From positions 62,789 to 126,788 of the IMG/VR virus record IMGVR_UViG_3300031370_000002: 64,000 nucleotides of DNA; one strand, written 5' to 3'. The stretch comes from a virus. Each line of letters starts with the position of its first letter. The first letter of the stretch is position 1. The translations under genes and the position numbers were made by a program. Positions 63,474-64,000 of this stretch are shown in pieces. Below the pieces are notes generated by a model, which did not search any database, was not told the DNA's origin, and was given only the letters and a program-made list of their open reading frames with translations.

Positions 63474-63987
63474 CGTGTTTTAAGCCTTTATTTTTAAGTG
63501 TTAGGTCAATGCAGAAACGTAAGACTTGCGACATTGAAGTAATTCCCGGCAAGTCACGCTTCAACAATTCAAGGGCCATTCTTGTTTCCGTGTCTACTGT
63601 GATCGACGGAAGCAAAATTGTTTTCATAGATGGATCAACAGGCGGCGATAACATTGCATCAACCAGAATCCGTAGCCACACTTCGGCGGCACGTTCTACC
63701 TGCGGATCATCCCAATACTCACCAACGGGTTGTTTTCTCTTTCCGCTCATCCTGCTTACAACAGCGCTTGCTTTCGCATGTAACACTGTGTGGCAGTTTC
63801 CGTCTAGCGGAATCTGGAGACTGTCCTTGCCTCCGAGTGATTGCGGGATCGTGTGGTGCCAGTGAATTGCTTTTGTGAACGTTCCACAAATACAGCAACG
63901 AACCAGACCGTTACGTTCCTCTGCAATTAATTTATTTTCAGCGGCCATTAGACCACGGAAGGAACCACGTTTCCAATTTGGTATCAC
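63406..63987 (-). CDS. HNH-like domain fused to a ribbon-helix-helix-like domain
   Basis: CCICG...WHHTIPQSLGG...NCH and ITVDTETRMALELLK...SMSQVLRFCI. Start uncertain. Confidence 0.65.
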   Translation of the reverse strand: MIPNWKRGSFRGLMAAENKLIAEERNGLVRCCICGTFTKAIHWHHTIPQSLGGKDSLQIPLDGNCHTVLHAKASAVVSRMSGKRKQPVGEYWDDPQVERAAEVWLRILVDAMLSPPVDPSMKTILLPSITVDTETRMALELLKRDLPGITSMSQVLRFCIDLTLKNKGLKHDEQENTSHRRSQRTGKNNRNLW

Positions 63988-64000
63988 CGTTAGTAAGTTT

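Noticed and set aside
1-64000. tRNA genes, CRISPR array, integrase/att sites, invertible fibre cassette, stop-codon reassignment
   Set aside because: No intergenic space or repeat-spacer pattern, no recombinase and no long inverted repeats seen. TAA, TGA and TAG all end genes normally.

Overview
This window is a segment of a large lytic dsDNA tailed-phage (jumbo myovirus-like) genome. It is densely coding and uses the standard genetic code. I found no tRNA, rRNA, CRISPR array or integrase. There are two convergent blocks separated by a bidirectional terminator at about 22.7 kb. The + block (1-22692) is a virion/tail module. It holds fibre proteins with ILEI-like, collagen, LamG-like and discoidin-like domains, a run of paralogous fibre-scaffold genes and a candidate lysis cassette. 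Embedded in it is an unexpected four-gene unit (6768-9177) led by a secreted periplasmic-binding-protein-like sensor. The - block (22734-64000) has about 65 genes. It includes many small accessory genes (Tad2-like sponge, HD hydrolase, DUF4326, ASCH, macrodomain, MazG-like, minimal kinase, GNATs), nucleotide metabolism (ThyA, dCMP deaminase), a Dam-like methylase, a frameshifted Toprim gene and a 5'-3' exonuclease. It also carries portal, an intein-containing large terminase, a DnaB-like helicase, a sigma-factor-like gene and an HNH-RHH gene. Gene content and order resemble the 'hairy' jumbo myoviruses (Erwinia Y3 / Dickeya JA11 / Pseudomonas PaBG-Lu11 type); this is an inference, not a database result. 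All domain calls come from motifs recognised by eye and need HMM or structure confirmation. Several start sites were moved from the ORF track on the basis of RBS position and gene overlaps.
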